Source of the DNA: Hypanus sabinus
Lineage: Eukaryota
Direction of reading: 5' to 3'
Length of the DNA: 64,000 bases
Assembly (NCBI RefSeq): GCF_030144855.1
Contig: NW_026779721.1
Span: 186,001-250,000 of the forward strand
Notes under the pieces: generated by a model
Database searches by the model: none
The model's input: only the letters and a program-made list of their open reading frames with translations
What the model was told of the DNA's origin: nothing
Shown: positions 38,165-51,714 of the stretch, piece by piece
Numbering within the stretch: the first letter of the stretch is position 1
Layout: every line of letters starts with the position of its first letter
Position numbers and translations under genes: made by a program

Positions 38165-38710
38165 ATTGCTAACCTGTTTGATATATCTGCATTTATATTG
38201 TTGTATAGCGTAGTTACTAATAAAGGGAATGTAGAGAGAAGGCAATTACGAAGAATTCCACACACATTCCACGCTGGGTAAACGAAATAACAGTCGCCGA
38301 AGATCTTATCCGTCGATTAGCTCCGAAATCCACTTAGAAATATCACCAGGTGACAGTCACAGGAATATCGTCTTCAAGTGATTACCACAGAACACCCCGA
38401 TTCCAGGTAAGGGCCATCAAAAGTGATACCACAGGATACTCCAGCAAATCCACACATATGGATGATATGAAGTGACAGTCACACATCCGTTCTGCACTGC
38501 GTGTCGATGATCAGATCAACACAACCTTTTGGGCATGGAAGAGTTGCAGCCTATAGCAGTCACACGCTGAAGTTCCAACAGCTTGTCTCCCTCTCCCTCT
38601 CCCTCTCCCGCTCCCTCAGGCTGCCGCAGCCTGTGTCTGACGTCACAGCCCCGACTCACTCAGCCACTTAAAGCGACACTCACAGTAAACGAACCTGCGG
38701 TCTCGTAACA
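37323..38710 (-). mobile_element. solo Gypsy LTR with an opposite-orientation LTR (about 37395-38225) nested inside
   Basis: TGTTACG...CGTAACA termini with a 4-bp TSD CAAT (37319-37322 and 38711-38714). The inner LTR carries (GA)n, (CA)n and AATAAA. Confidence 0.75.
38108..38160. repeat. (CA)n microsatellite
   Basis: Direct observation. Confidence 0.95.
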
Positions 38711-39209
38711 CAATGCACCTCTAAAGTCTGACAGCAGACTAACGAGTGAATCTCCGATGGTGCAGAGTCAGAAACCGAAGATTTGCCAGCCTGAGTCAGG
38801 GGCTCCAGAGAGAGATGGTGTCCAGAGGAGGAGGACGAATAAGACCAGCACGATGTGGTTAAAAGTGAAAGATTAGAAGCATTTGGAAACTGGTTGATCG
38901 AAAAAAAAAGGTGGTTAATTTCTGCAAAACACAGGTGGAAATCAACAGATAAGGCAGAAATTTTGGAGAGGAATACTTAGAAAATGTTTTCTCAGTATTT
39001 CCAGCAACTGCAGAATCTCCTATGTTTTATATCTGCATTTTACTTTGGCATTAGATACACGTTGATATTGAGTATATTGCTTATGGGAGCCGCTTTCTGC
39101 ATTAAAAGAGCTGCAGATTTTTTCTATACCCAAGATAAAAAAAATGAGGTATGGACATTGAACCGGTGGTTGCAGAAATGTTTAATGGCACCGTGATTAC
39201 CCATAGGGC

Positions 39210-39340
39210 AATTCGTTAAGAATTTCGCCGGCGCTGAAGCGCCGATGAAATGCGCAGGCGTCAGGCTGAGGACGTCCCTGAGTTTCACGCATGCGCGCAG
39301 TGCACAGAAGGCTTTGAAAATGTCGGTTGCAGGTAAGAGC
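39210..39340 (+). promoter_or_regulatory. CpG promoter and putative first exon of ZNF-C
   Basis: NRF1-like CGCATGCGCGCA and TGCGCAGGCG, with a strong donor cag|GTAAGA at 39333. Confidence 0.6.
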
Positions 39341-39629
39341 GATTAATTGTGTTTTTATCTTAAATACCGACTTCAGGATAATTCCTCTGAATTTCGGACA
39401 CCGTGGGCAGCAATCCCGGGACAGTCCTGCCCTCTTCCCTCTCTCTCAGCTCCACGATCCGTACACGGGCCCCGGGGAGCTTCCGGCTGATGAGGGAATG
39501 GGAACCGATGGATCTCTCAGACAGAGCTGAGCTCCAGCTATCTAAATCCAAGGATTAGGAACTCGGAGAAAGGGAACAAAATCTTTTACATCAGCAGTTG
39601 AGAAAATCACCTTTGTTCTCCCTCCAACA

Positions 39630-39765
39630 CAAACAAGAGAAAATCTGCAGATGCTGGAATTCCAAGCAACACACACAAAATGCCGGAGGAACTCAGCATT
39701 AGTACTCTTTTCCGTAGATGCTGCCTGGCCTGCTGAGTTCCTCCAGTATTTTGTGTGTGTTGCTT
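39630..39765. mobile_element. Penelope-like inverted terminal fragments
   Basis: aagcaacacacacaaaatgccggaggaactcagca and tgctgagttcctccagtattttgtgtgtgttgctt form an inverted repeat of about 35 bp. Confidence 0.7.
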
Positions 39766-42129
39766 CCTCTACCTCCTCTAGTTCTGCACTTTTCTACCGG
39801 TGAGAACATGTTTTGTCCCATTCTCTCTGGGTACATTATGATATCAAACACCTTTGCCCTGGACAACAAGTAGCTTTCACTTCACAAATGTGCCAGACTC
39901 CAGTGAGACAGACTACTGCCCATCCCTTCATATTCATTGGGATTTCATTCACTGAGTTCACCACCGTCAGTCATTGGGGACGGGTTCAGGGGGAATATTT
40001 ATGTAGAACACAGAAACTAGTGATGCCTGTTTGCATTTTGGTGATGCAAAAGTTGCTGGAGAATTTGCAAGTGGGAAGAAGTGGAGTGATATTTGGAAAT
40101 CTGACTTCTTAAAGTGTAATTTAGCAAGCAAACCACATATGGACAATGTGTAAAAGCTTTGGTGAGAAACTCCTGCATTTCCTGTTACAGGCCTGCTACA
40201 TAGGTTGTGTGAGAGTGCAGATGAACTCGATCAAACCCAGAGGAGATCAAAGTTCCTATTGACAGTGATTTGCTAGCCGTGAAAATGAATACCTCTCTAT
40301 ATAAAATTCACTGTGCACATCTTGTCACTGGGTAAAAAATACACAGTACAAGATTTATCTGCACACTGGTTATTACAAAGTAGAGGGGTATTCGAGGGAA
40401 GGAGGGGAGACCTGCAGTGTCCCTGATGCCCTCCCCTACAAGATGTGCATCCAGCTGCAACTTGTAACCCTGCACTTCAATGAGCTGCTTGAAATGGGTG
40501 AATTCCATATCATCCAGCAGTTGGAGGGGGTGATAGATATGACATGAAGGGAGGTGAGCTACTCCCAAGGTGCAGGACACAGGAAACTGGGTGAGAGTCA
40601 GGAAGGGGAATGAGGTTAAATAGGCATCGCAGAGTACTCTTGTGGCCATTTCACACAACAACAGGTGGACCACTTCAGAAGCTGTGAGGGGAATTACCTG
40701 GCAGAGGAAAGTCAAAAGACTGATAGGGGATTCGTTAGTTAGAGGAACAGAACAAGAGGGGACGAATATCCTAGTGGTAAGACTTGCTAGTGGTAGTGAG
40801 CAGGGGAGGGGGTGATGTGGTTAAAATAAGTTGTAGGGGGAATGGGAGCCAGAATGACAGAACAGATAGTGGAGAGGGTGAATTGAATTGACTTTATTAG
40901 ATACATATTTCATAAACATGAGGAGTAGAAATATTTACCTTACATCATCTAAATGTGCAATGTGTAATTTATAGTAATTTATAATAGATAGTTTGTACAT
41001 AGGACAGTCAATATAACATCGAAATGCAATTGTATCAGCATGAATTAATCAGTCTGATGGCCTGGTAGAAGATGATGTCCCGAAGCCTGTTGGCCCTTTT
41101 GCTGTGGTACCGTGTCCTGGATGATAGCAGCAGGAACAGTTTGTGGTTCTGGTGAATTGGGCCTTTTTGTTGCTGATATTCGTTGGGCCCTTTTTACACA
41201 CCTGTCTGTGTAAATGTACTGAATCGTGGAAAGTAGATTGTGCAATGTATAATTTCCTTGTTTATATTTAGAGACATTTTTTGGTGTATAAAATGATGAG
41301 GGGTATTGAGCATGTGAGTGGCCAGAGGAGTGTTTTTTCCCCCAGGGTTGAAATGGTTAATGCCGAGTTTCCACACTCCCAAAGACCCTTTGTCCATCTC
41401 CTGAGTTAAGAGAGATGGAAAAATATTTAAGATCTCCCCCATCTGCTTTGGTTCCACACGTGGATTGCCATTCCGGTCTTCCAGAGGACCAACTTTGTGC
41501 CTTGCAATCCTTTTGCTCTTAATCTATCACTAGAATCCCTGAGGATTATTCTTCACCTTTTCTGTGTCAGCAACCTCATGCCATCTTTTAGCCATCCTGA
41601 TTGATTTCTTATGTGTTCTCTTGCATTTCTTATACTCCATAAGAAACTGACTGCCTATCCCTGTTATGCAATTCCATTTTGTGCTTTACCAGGGTCTCAA
41701 TATCTCGTGCAATCCAAGTTTCCCTACAGTTTCTATCTTTACCTTTTATTCTGACATACCCGCTTACTACTTTCAAAATTTTGCTTTGAAGCCTCCCATT
41801 TACCAAGCACACCTTTGCCATAAAGCAGCCTGTCCCAATCCACAGTTGCCAGGTCCTAGTGTTGATTCTAGGTGTTGATCCATGCACTGAACTCATCCAC
41901 CTTTCCTGCACTGCTCCCTGTATTGAAATATACAGGGCTCAGCATATTCACTGCACCATGCTCAACTTTTTCATTCCTGAAATTTGTCTGAGGCCTGAAC
42001 AACATCTTTCTCCACAACCCCACCACCATCTGTTCTGTTATTCAGGCTCCCATTCCCCCTGCAACTTTAGTTTAACACTCCTTACCCCCACCTCCCTCCA
42101 TGCAGATCTATCACCTCTTTGGCTTTCCT

Positions 42130-44030
42130 CTCCCAGATCAATAAAAAGGAGGTGCATACCAGGTACAGGCAGATAGGAGCAAATGGGGTACTTATGAAAT
42201 ACAGGAAATTCAAGTGAACACTTATGAAAGAAATAAAAGAAGGCATGAGGTTGCCCCAGCAGACAAGGTGAAGGAGAATCCTCAGGGATTCTGCAGATAT
42301 GTTAAGAGCAAAAAAGATTGCAAGGGAAAAAAAATTAATCCTCTGGAAGATCAAAATGGTAATCCACATGAAGGATAGCCTAGACTTGGGGAGATTTTTT
42401 TTGCATCCGTATTTACTCAAGAGATGAACACAGAGTCTATAGAAGTGAGGCAAAGCCGCATTAACTTCATGGACCCTGTACAGATTACAGAGGTGGAGGG
42501 GTTTGCTGTCTTGAGGCAAATTAGTGTGGATCAATCCCCAGGGCCTGACAAGTTGTTCACTTGGACCCTGCGGAAGACAAGTGCAGAAATTATTGGGGTC
42601 CAAGCACAGATATTTAAATCATCCTTAGTGACAGGTGAGGTACTGGAGGATTGGAGGACAGACAATGTTGTTCTGCTGTTCAAGAAAGGCTGTAAAATAA
42701 ACTAGGAAGTTATCCATTGGTGAGCTTGACATCAGAACTGGGAAAGTTATTGGAATGTGGGTGCAGGAACCAAGTATATACTGTAAGTATTTGGATAGAT
42801 GTGGACTGATAAAGGATAGACAGTATGGCTCTAGCCAATCTTTCAGAGTCTCTCGAGGAAGTTATCAGGGAAGTGGATGAAGGCAAGGCAGTAGATGTTG
42901 TCTACATGGACTTTAGCAAGGCACTTGATAAAGTCTCATATGGGAGGTTGGTCAAGAAGGTTCAGTCACTCAGCATTCTAGATGAGACAGTAGATTGGAT
43001 GAGACACTGTCTTTGGGAGAAGCCACAGTGTAGTAGCAGATGGTTGCCTCTATAACTGTAATCCTGTGATTAGTTGTGTGCCAAAGGGATCAGTGCTGGA
43101 TCTGTTGTTGTTTGTCATCTATATCTGTAATCTGGATGATAGTGTGGTTAACTGGATCAGAAAATTTGTGGATGACAACAAGACTGGGGGTTTAGCAGCT
43201 GCAAGAAGACTTTCATGGCTTGCAGTGTGATCTGGGCCAGGTGGGAAAATGGTTTGAGAAATGGAAAATGGAATTTAATGCAGACCAGTGTGAGTCGTGG
43301 CACTTTGGTCTGACCTACCAAGGGAGGTCTTTCACAGTGACTGATCGGGCACGGAGGAGTGTTGTAGAAGAAAGGGACCTGGGAATACAAGTCCTTAATT
43401 CACTGAAAGTGGTATCACAGTTAGATAGGGATGGAAGGAAATATTTTAGCCCATTGCCCTTCATGAACCACAGTAGTGACAACAATAGATGGATGTTATG
43501 TTGACTTGTAGAAGACATTGGTGAGGCCTTATTTGGAGTATTATGTGCAGTTTTGGTCACCTACCTACAGGAAAGATGTAAAAGAAGTTCAGAGATTTCA
43601 GAGAAAATACACAAGGATGTTGCCATGTCTGGAGGACTTGGATTATAAGGAAAGATTGAACAAATCAGGGCATTATTCTTGGGAATGTAGAAGATTGAGG
43701 GGAGATTTGATTGTGATAGAGAGGCACACATAGTGTTAATGCAAGCTGGCTTTCTCCACTGAGATTGGGTGGGACTACAACCAGAGGCCATGGGTTATGG
43801 GTGAAAGGTGAAATGTTAAGGGGAGCATGAGAGGAACTTCTTCACATAGAGGGTCATCCGGCTGTGGAATGAGCAGCCAGCACAAGTGGTGCATGCGAGC
43901 TCGATTTTAACGTTTAAGAGGTTTGTGTAGATACCTGGATGGTAGGGGTGTGGGAGTGGGCTGTTTAAATAGTTCAGCACAAACTAGATGGCCCAAAGGG
44001 CCTGTTTCTGTGTTGAAATTTTCTATGATT
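42130..44030 (+). mobile_element. decayed CR1 LINE ORF2
   Basis: Peptides QSPGPDK, AVDVVYMDFSKALDKV, VRPYLEYYVQFWSP and RRLRGDLI spread across frames. Confidence 0.9.
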
Positions 44031-44934
44031 GCGACAAGAACCTGAAATAATACAAAAATTCACTCTAAGTCCTTTTAACAGATGTGCGGCCAACCAGTCA
44101 TTTCAGCAGGAATTTTTTAAATGGCGTTAGAATTGTGGCATTTTGTTAATAATACACAAGAGAAGATCCCAGCTGCATGTCAAGAAAGACAATTTGCATG
44201 AGAGTGTTTCAGTCACTGTGGGACAAGGAACACGTGCCGCTCAGCAGGAGCCAGGAATAATACCAATGGAGGGAGTCAAAATGAGCCAGGTCACAGATTG
44301 GAGACGACAGAAATGCTCCATTGTTATTGAGACAGGAAGAGTATCAGGGAATTGATGGTCATTCCAGGTTCCAGCACTCTACCCAGTCAGGAGATGATTT
44401 CTCTGTCCAACTTAGGGTGAACCTCACTGTAACCGTGTGATACCAGATCAAACCTTGGCAACTCAAGTAATCTCATCTGAAATGTTGTCCTAAACCCATT
44501 GATGGATTTTGTAAATTTTTTTACAGGTTAAAAATGAGAAGGAATTCATCTCCAGGAAGCTCAAAAACGACACGCCAGTTTTGTTGTCTCTGCCTAGATA
44601 CTTAAGAAGTGGAGCAAGGGATCCAATTGTCCACCCTTCCTGCTCAGACTGTGGGGAGGAATTCACTCGGTGATTTTGACCAACTGGCACGCCCATCATT
44701 TTACACAGGAAAAAGGACATTCACCTGCCCAGACAGTGGGAATGGATTCACTCGGTCATCTCAACTAAAGGTACATCAGCAAGTTCACACTGGACAAGGC
44801 CATTTACCTGTTCTGTGTGTGAGAAGGGGTTCAGTCGGTCTTCCCACCTGTGGACACACCAATCAGTTCACACCGGGCAGAGGCTGGTCTTCTGCTGAAC
44901 TTCTGGGTAAGGATTCACTCTGTCATCTGAACTA

Positions 44935-45453
44935 ATGGCTCACCAGCGAGTTCACACTGGGGAGCGGCCGTTCACCTGCTCAGTCTGTGAGAAAGGATTC
45001 ACTCTGTCATCTACCCTACTGGTACATCAGCGAATTCACACTGGGGAGAAGCTGTTCACCTGCTCAGACTGTGGAAAGGGATTCACACTGTCATCCCGCC
45101 TACTGGTACATCAGCAAATTCACACTGAGGAGAAGCCGTTCACCTGCTCAGTCTGTGAGAAGAGATTTACTCAGTTATCCAACCTACAGAGTCACCAGCG
45201 AGTTCACACTGGGGAGAAGCCATTCACCTGCTCAGTCTGTGGGAAAGGATTCACTGACTCTTCCACCCTGCAGAGACACCAGCGACTTCACACTGGGGAG
45301 AAGCCGTTCACCTGCTTATTCTGTCGGAAGAGATTCACTCAGTCATCCACCCTACAGAGTCATCAGCGAGTTCACACTAGAGAGAGGCTCAGAATATGGG
45401 AAAGGATTCACTCAGTCATCCCACCTCTTGGCACACCAGTCAGTTCACAGTAA
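44935..45453 (+). CDS. C2H2 zinc-finger protein ZNF-C, 172 aa, 5 fingers then frameshift (possibly a pseudogene)
   Basis: Five canonical fingers. An 11-nt deletion after gagagg (about 45388) shifts the frame. Acceptor ttttacAG| at 44526/44527. Confidence 0.75.
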   Translation: MAHQRVHTGERPFTCSVCEKGFTLSSTLLVHQRIHTGEKLFTCSDCGKGFTLSSRLLVHQQIHTEEKPFTCSVCEKRFTQLSNLQSHQRVHTGEKPFTCSVCGKGFTDSSTLQRHQRLHTGEKPFTCLFCRKRFTQSSTLQSHQRVHTRERLRIWERIHSVIPPLGTPVSSQ

Positions 45454-46139
45454 GGAGAGGCCATTGTTATGAATCCTTTGGTTTTGTTTGCTGTAGACTG
45501 TCATTTTAAGAGAGAGAGAGAGAGAAATTAAGAAAGTGAATCAGTCTGACTTGCAGCTTGTTTACATCGCTCGCAGCTTGTTTAGTTTTAACTGAGGACA
45601 CAGACACTCAGAGTCAGACGGAGACAAAGGAGGAAAAATGGAAGGATCAAAACCAGGGAACTAGTAGCCAAGGATCACTGTTTGGAACTTTCCTTCGCTC
45701 ACAAGGGTGGGCTAATTATCGATTCACCGTACATCGAATGTGTGGTTGTCACCTCATTTGATCCACAGGAGTGGATCTGATTTGGGATATCCTGTGGAGA
45801 CGACTTATGTGTTAAGCCTTGCCTGGCTGTGGCGTGGTCATTCATTTGATGATACCACTTATGACAATTCACTTTAGGTGATAATTCGTATGTACATTTG
45901 TAAAGATGATGGATAAAATCTAGAGCGACTGTTCTCTCTTTTTACCACCATGGAACCTGTGGAATACAACATAATTGCCTTCTCTCAACATTTACCCTGG
46001 ATTACAAAAATATCTCTCTCACATCACCTATTCTGTGAATTAATTGAACTTTAATACTTTAACATCTCCACACTCCAAGCCTTGTTTCCCCTGAGCTCAG
46101 AAGTTTGGGAGTTATATTTACACACATACATACACATAA

Positions 46140-46710
46140 CACTCATGAGGAAATCTGCAGATGCTGGAAATACAAACACAAAAAAAATGCTGATAGAACA
46201 CAGCAGGCCAGGCAACATCTATAGGGAGAAGCACTGTCGACGTTGTGGGCCGAGACCCTTCGACAGTACTAACTGAAATATAGTAAGAGATTTGAAAGTA
46301 ATGAGGGGAGGGTGAAATGCAAATGATAGGAGAAGACCTGAGGGGGTGGGGGTGAAGCTGAGAGCTGGAAAGGTGATTGGCGAAAGTGATACAGAGCTGG
46401 TGAAGGGAAAGGATCATGGGAAGGGAGGCCTTGGGAGAAAGAAAAGGGTGGGGGTGTAAGTACCAGAGTGAGGGGGAGAACAGGTAAACAACTAAATATG
46501 TCAGGGATGGGGTAAGAAGGGGAGGACGGGCATTAACAGAAGTTAGAGAAGTCAGTGTTCATGCCATCATGTTGGAGGCTACTCGGCCGGTATATAAGGT
46601 GTTGTTCCTCCAACCTGAGTTTGGATTCATTTTGACAATAGAGGAGGCCATGGATAGACATATCAGCATGGGAATGGGATGTGGAATTACAATGTGTGGC
46701 CACTGGGAGT
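46140..46710 (-). mobile_element. Penelope-like element 3' end nested in the Gmr1 LTR
   Basis: Minus strand reads PVATHCNSTSHSHADMSIHGL...RLEEQHLIYR..LQHDGMN (GIY-YIG C-terminus), followed by pLTR. Confidence 0.8.
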
Positions 46711-47179
46711 AGTCTTTTGCTGTTGGTTCATTTCTAAAGCATTATGGTTTGTAACAAAATGGGGCTGTGTCTGGGATATGACAAATTTAAGGATTGATTA
46801 ATTATCAATTTCATTGGGGAAATCCCTTTTGATTTACTTGTGTGTGGAAAACCAGCAGCAATGGATGTTGATAGATATCTGGAAGTGTGAACCTCTCAGG
46901 CATTAGAGGACACCAGAAGGATTGAGTTGTTGAGTATTGCTAGAACGTTAATACTTGCTAAGGTGAAATTGACAATGAGGAGGGCACAGATGCAGAAGAT
47001 AATAGCTGAGCATTATGTATCTGAGGATGTGTTTAAAGTGAAGGAGTTGGAGGTGTTTCCTGAATGTAAACCTCGTGAGCTTGAGCTCCAATAGAAGTTA
47101 GAAATATTAAAGATGGAGGCTCCGGAAAGGCAGATGCAGTTTCAGGCTAAAGAGGCAGAAAAGCAGACAGAAAATTCTC

Positions 47180-47413
47180 TTACAAAGTGTACTTAAGGGG
47201 AAGGCTTAGCAACCCTATTCTGCTTTGACAGTTGCTGAAGCAGGTTATTATTTACTTATTTATGCTGCCCCAATCATCGCCACTGGGCTATAAATGTGCA
47301 GGAGCTGTGTGTGGTTCAGTGTTTTGCTCAAGGACACACAAGCTGCCTCGGCTGAGGCTCGAACTCATGACCTTCAGATCGCTAGTTCAACACCTTAACC
47401 ACATGGCCACGCA
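47180..47413 (-). mobile_element. tRNA-derived CORE-like SINE nested in Gmr1 gag
   Basis: Minus strand shows A-box tggccatgtgg, B-box gagttcgagcc and gtgtccttgagcaaaacact. Confidence 0.7.
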
Positions 47414-49784
47414 TTATGACCACATATTATGACGTAGTGAAACAGGCTGTGCTCAAAGCTTACGAGTTGGTCCCAGAAGCAGACAGGCAAAAGTTTAGAA
47501 ATTTGAAGAAATCTGTGAACCAGATATACGGAATTTGCTTATGAGAAATTTGTGTCTATTGACCACTGGTGCACATCTGAACATGTAAATGATGATTTTA
47601 ACAGCTTGAGAGATTTGGTTTTAATTGAAGAATTCCAAAGGTGCGTCCCTGATGACATAAAGACGTATTTAGATGGAAATGATGCTGCCACTCCGCAGGA
47701 ATCTGCTGGATTAGCAGATCAGTTTGCTTTAATTCATGAAGTTATGTTTACCCTGAATAAGAGTTTCCAAAAGGCACTTGTCAAGTTGTGGGTAAACCTA
47801 ATGAGCTCACCCCAGTGGCCTGTACCTGCATTCGGAGAACCCTTTTCCAAAGTTATAGTGGATTGTGTTGGCCCATTGCCAAAGTCTAAAGCTGGCCATC
47901 AGTATCTGCTAACTATTATGTGTACTACATCCAGATTCCCAGAGGCAATGCCTCTCAGAAATATTAAAGCTAAAACTGTGGTGAAGGCTCTTACCAAGAT
48001 TTTCACTTTATTCGATTTGTCTAAAGAAATACAGTCTGATCAAGGATGTATTTGTATATCTGCATTATTCAAGCAGGTAGTTTATGAATTGGGAGCAAAA
48101 CAGATTGCATCATTTGCATACCATCCGGAACCAGAAGGGGCTTTAGAAAGATTTCATTCTACCCTCAAAACAATGATTAAGACATATTGTGTTGAAAATG
48201 GAAAAGACTGGGATGAAGGGATACTTTTGCTTTTGTCCAGATGAAGGAATACATTTGATTTTGTCCACAGAAAGAGAGTCAGTACAGGAATCACTGGGCT
48301 TTACTCCATTTGAACTTGTATTTGGTCGCAGAGTGACCTTTGACCTTGTTAAAAGGAACCGTGGATTGATGGGGATGTACATGTTAACTCGTTAGACTAT
48401 GTTTTGAAGTTCAAAAATAAACTACACCAAGCCTGTAGTCTAGCGAGACAAAACTTAAAGATTTCTCAAAACAAAATGAAGTGTTGGTTTGATAACAGGG
48501 CTCGCGAAAGAAAATACCAGGTGGGAGATAAGGTGCTTGCCTTATGTTGACGAATCCACTTCAGGCGAAATTCAATAGACCGTATGAGATAGTCTCTCAA
48601 ATTAATAATGTGAATTCTGTTATTAAAACACCCGACTGACGTAAACTAACACAGGTGGTGCACATAAATATGATAAAGCCTTTTTTGACAAGCAGGCACC
48701 ATCTGTGAGTATTGTTGTCAAAACAAATGAATCTGGTAACCCTGAGAATGAAACAATTGACTCGTCTGAGACTTTTCACAAGCCAAACATGGTCCCAGTT
48801 AGGCTAATGAACTCGGTTGTTCTAGAAAACATTGATAACGAGTTGGCTCATCTGCAGCCAAAGCAACAACAACAGCTGAAGGAATTAATTCTGAAGTACA
48901 AAGATTTATTTCCCGATGTTCCCAAGCAAACCACGGTCGCAGTACATGATGTAGATGTTGGTCAAGCCAAACCGATTAAACAACACCCACTTCGCATGAA
49001 CGTCGAAAAGTGTAAATTGGCTGACCAGGGAATTGAGTATATGCTGGAGAATGGTATTATTAGGCCTTCAAAATGAGATTGGAGTCACTCTGCATTATTG
49101 TGCCCAAACATGATGGTAGTGTTAGATTTTGCACTGATTGTAGAAAGGTAAATGCAGTAACAAAAACTGACGCCTATCCTATCCCTAGGGTGGATGATTG
49201 CATCGATAAGGTTGGAATAGCTAATATCTTACAAAGATTGATCTGTTGAAAGGGTATTGGTGTGTTCCATTGACGGACAGAGGTAGAGACATTTCTGTGT
49301 TTGTGACACCATCTGGGTTGTATGAATACAATGTTTTGCCTTTTGGAAGGAAAAATGCTCCAGGAGCATCCCAGAGAATGATTGATTTTGTAATTCGAGG
49401 GTGAGAACACACAGATACCTATATTGATGACTTAGTTACAGGGAGGGACACTTGGGAAGAGCATATCTCTGCAGTAGAAAAGCAGTTTGACAGGCTTTCC
49501 TAGGACAACCTTACAGTTAACTTGGCTAAGAGAGAATTTGGCCATGCCAGTGTGACCTGTCTTGGCTATGTTGTAGGTCAAAGCAAGTTGGCTCCTGTTC
49601 GGGCAAAAGTCCAGGCAATTTCTCATGTTCCTATTCTGACTGCTGAGAAGGCTCTTAGAAGGTTTCTGGGAATGGATGGATATTATCGTAAGAACTTTGC
49701 TGCTATCGCTCTTCCTCTGACCAATCTCCTGAAGAAGCGTGAAAAGTTTGTTTGGACCGACCCTTGTCAGAAGGCATTTGATTG

Positions 49785-50530
49785 ATTGTTATCAGTATTT
49801 CAGATTAGGCCAATCAATGTAGTGCTGTCAGCAAATTTAAATAGCAGATTGGAGCTGTGGGTGGCAACACAAGTCATGGGTGCACAGAGAGTAAAGGAGA
49901 AGGCCAAAGAGACAACCCTGTGGCTTATGTGTGCTGAGGGTCAGAGAGACAGAGAAGATGGAGCCCACTTACCACCTGCCGGCGATCTGACAGGAAGTCC
50001 AGGATCCAGCTACACAAGGCAGGGTGAAGGCCGAGGTCTCTGAGCTCCTTGTCGATACTTCACTCCTTCGTCTGGCTACTGCTCTGCCCATGACTGCAAG
50101 GAACTGCAGAGAACATCAGAGAAACAAGCCTCCCCTCCATGGACTCTTCCTACACTTCCCCTGCCTCGGAAAAACAGGCCATGTACTCAAAGATCCTCAC
50201 AACCACAGACATTCTTGCTGCAAACCTGCTCTCCCATTGGGAAGAGATACAAAAGCCTTAAAGTGCGTAACACCAGGCTGAAGGACGGCTTCCTGTCTGC
50301 AGTTATAAGCCAAATGAATGATAAAATGGACTCAACCTCACAATGTAACTGGACGTGACCCTGCACCATATGTCTATCTGCACCGCACTTTCTCTGCAGC
50401 CATAATGCTTTGTTACAGTGATTATTTTGATGTATATCAGCTCAATGTACTGTTGAAATGTATCCATCTGTCTGGATGGTACATCAGGCAAGATTTTCAC
50501 TGTAGCTCAGTACATGATGATAATAAACAA
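49785..50530. mobile_element. Rex1/Babar-type fragments
   Basis: A minus-strand KFADSTTLIGLI piece, then a plus-strand 3' end (TRLKDGFLSAVI) with aataaac. Confidence 0.55.
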
Positions 50531-51714
50531 ATTTCCCATTTTAATTGTGTGGAAATATTAGACAGACTGAGCTTCTGCTCTGGAACCACAGAAGGAAACT
50601 GAACTGTTGTCATTTCTGTGGAAAGCAAATATATGGAAAATACTTCAATCTCACATTACGATCTGCGGTAACTGGGATCAGGTGACCGGTGGTTGGTCTC
50701 CCATATCAATATCAGAATCAGGTTTAATAGCACCGGCATGTGTCATGAAATTTGTTGTCCCTGCGGTAGCAGCAGAACCTAATTGATAACAATAGTTTTG
50801 AAAAATTGTGATTTAAAATAAGAATATACATATATATAGTACAAAAATAGAGAAAAAAGTAATAAGCTATTTTAATTGTGTGGAGCAATTTGACTGACTG
50901 GGTGTTGCTTTGGAAATTCTGAAGTGAAGCTGAACTAAACTTTACACATTTATCAGAAGCTCAGATAAATACAAATGGCTAAATTCTCACATAAACGGGT
51001 CAGACACCCAGAAACATCGGCAGCACTTCAGCACCTCAAAACAGTGAATGAAACATGCAGAAACTATTGCAGAGAAAAAAGACATTGTCCACCCACAACG
51101 AGAGGACGTGACAGATCCGGATCTCACTGCCTTGTCTGAACGGGGAAAGATGAAGCTACACGGACACATAGAACAGTGACCCGCAGATGCTGCAGATCTG
51201 CAGAAATATGTGAACAGGAACCGGGATCAGGTGACGGGTGGAGGGACTCCCTCCTGAACTGTTGACTCTGCTCCTCGCCCCTCACATGCTGCCCGACCCA
51301 TCCACCGCATTCCCCACATTATTCCATATTTACCCCAGATACATGATTATTTTTCCACACCATATCTTCCCCGATCCTTTTCCCTCCACGTCCAGGTCAC
51401 AGAGTCACCGGCTCAATTCCCATCCAGGTCCAAAACATAATTCAGACGCAAAAAGGAAATGTTCACGTTTCATTTAAATCAGTTTTGTGTTTCTAAACAC
51501 TAATTTCTATTCACATTCCTCCAGAGCCTTGCTGGACAGGAACACTGAAACATCAAGTGAGAAACAGCAGGAGGCAATTCAGCCCCTCTAACCATCAGCA
51601 AGATGGCGGCTGCTCACCCATCTCAGCCATGTGTTTCTGCCCGATCCTCATTTCCTCGATCCCTTCGGTCTCCACACATCTGTTTTACGTGCGGACAATC
51701 ACTGAGTCTTCACC

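Larger units (their letters stand above)
45465..49782 (+). mobile_element. Gmr1-clade Ty3/Gypsy retrotransposon, 3'-truncated (5' LTR 45465-46756, PBS, gag, IN, RT)
   Basis: LTR TGTTA...GTAACA; tRNA-Pro-like PBS tggggctgtgtctgggat at 46760. Capsid/SCAN-like LRDLVLIEEFQRCVPDDIKTYL...LADQF; integrase VDCVGPLP...SDQG...YHPE.EGALERFH; then RT (PIKQHP, IDLLKGYW, YIDD). Integrase precedes RT. Confidence 0.88.
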
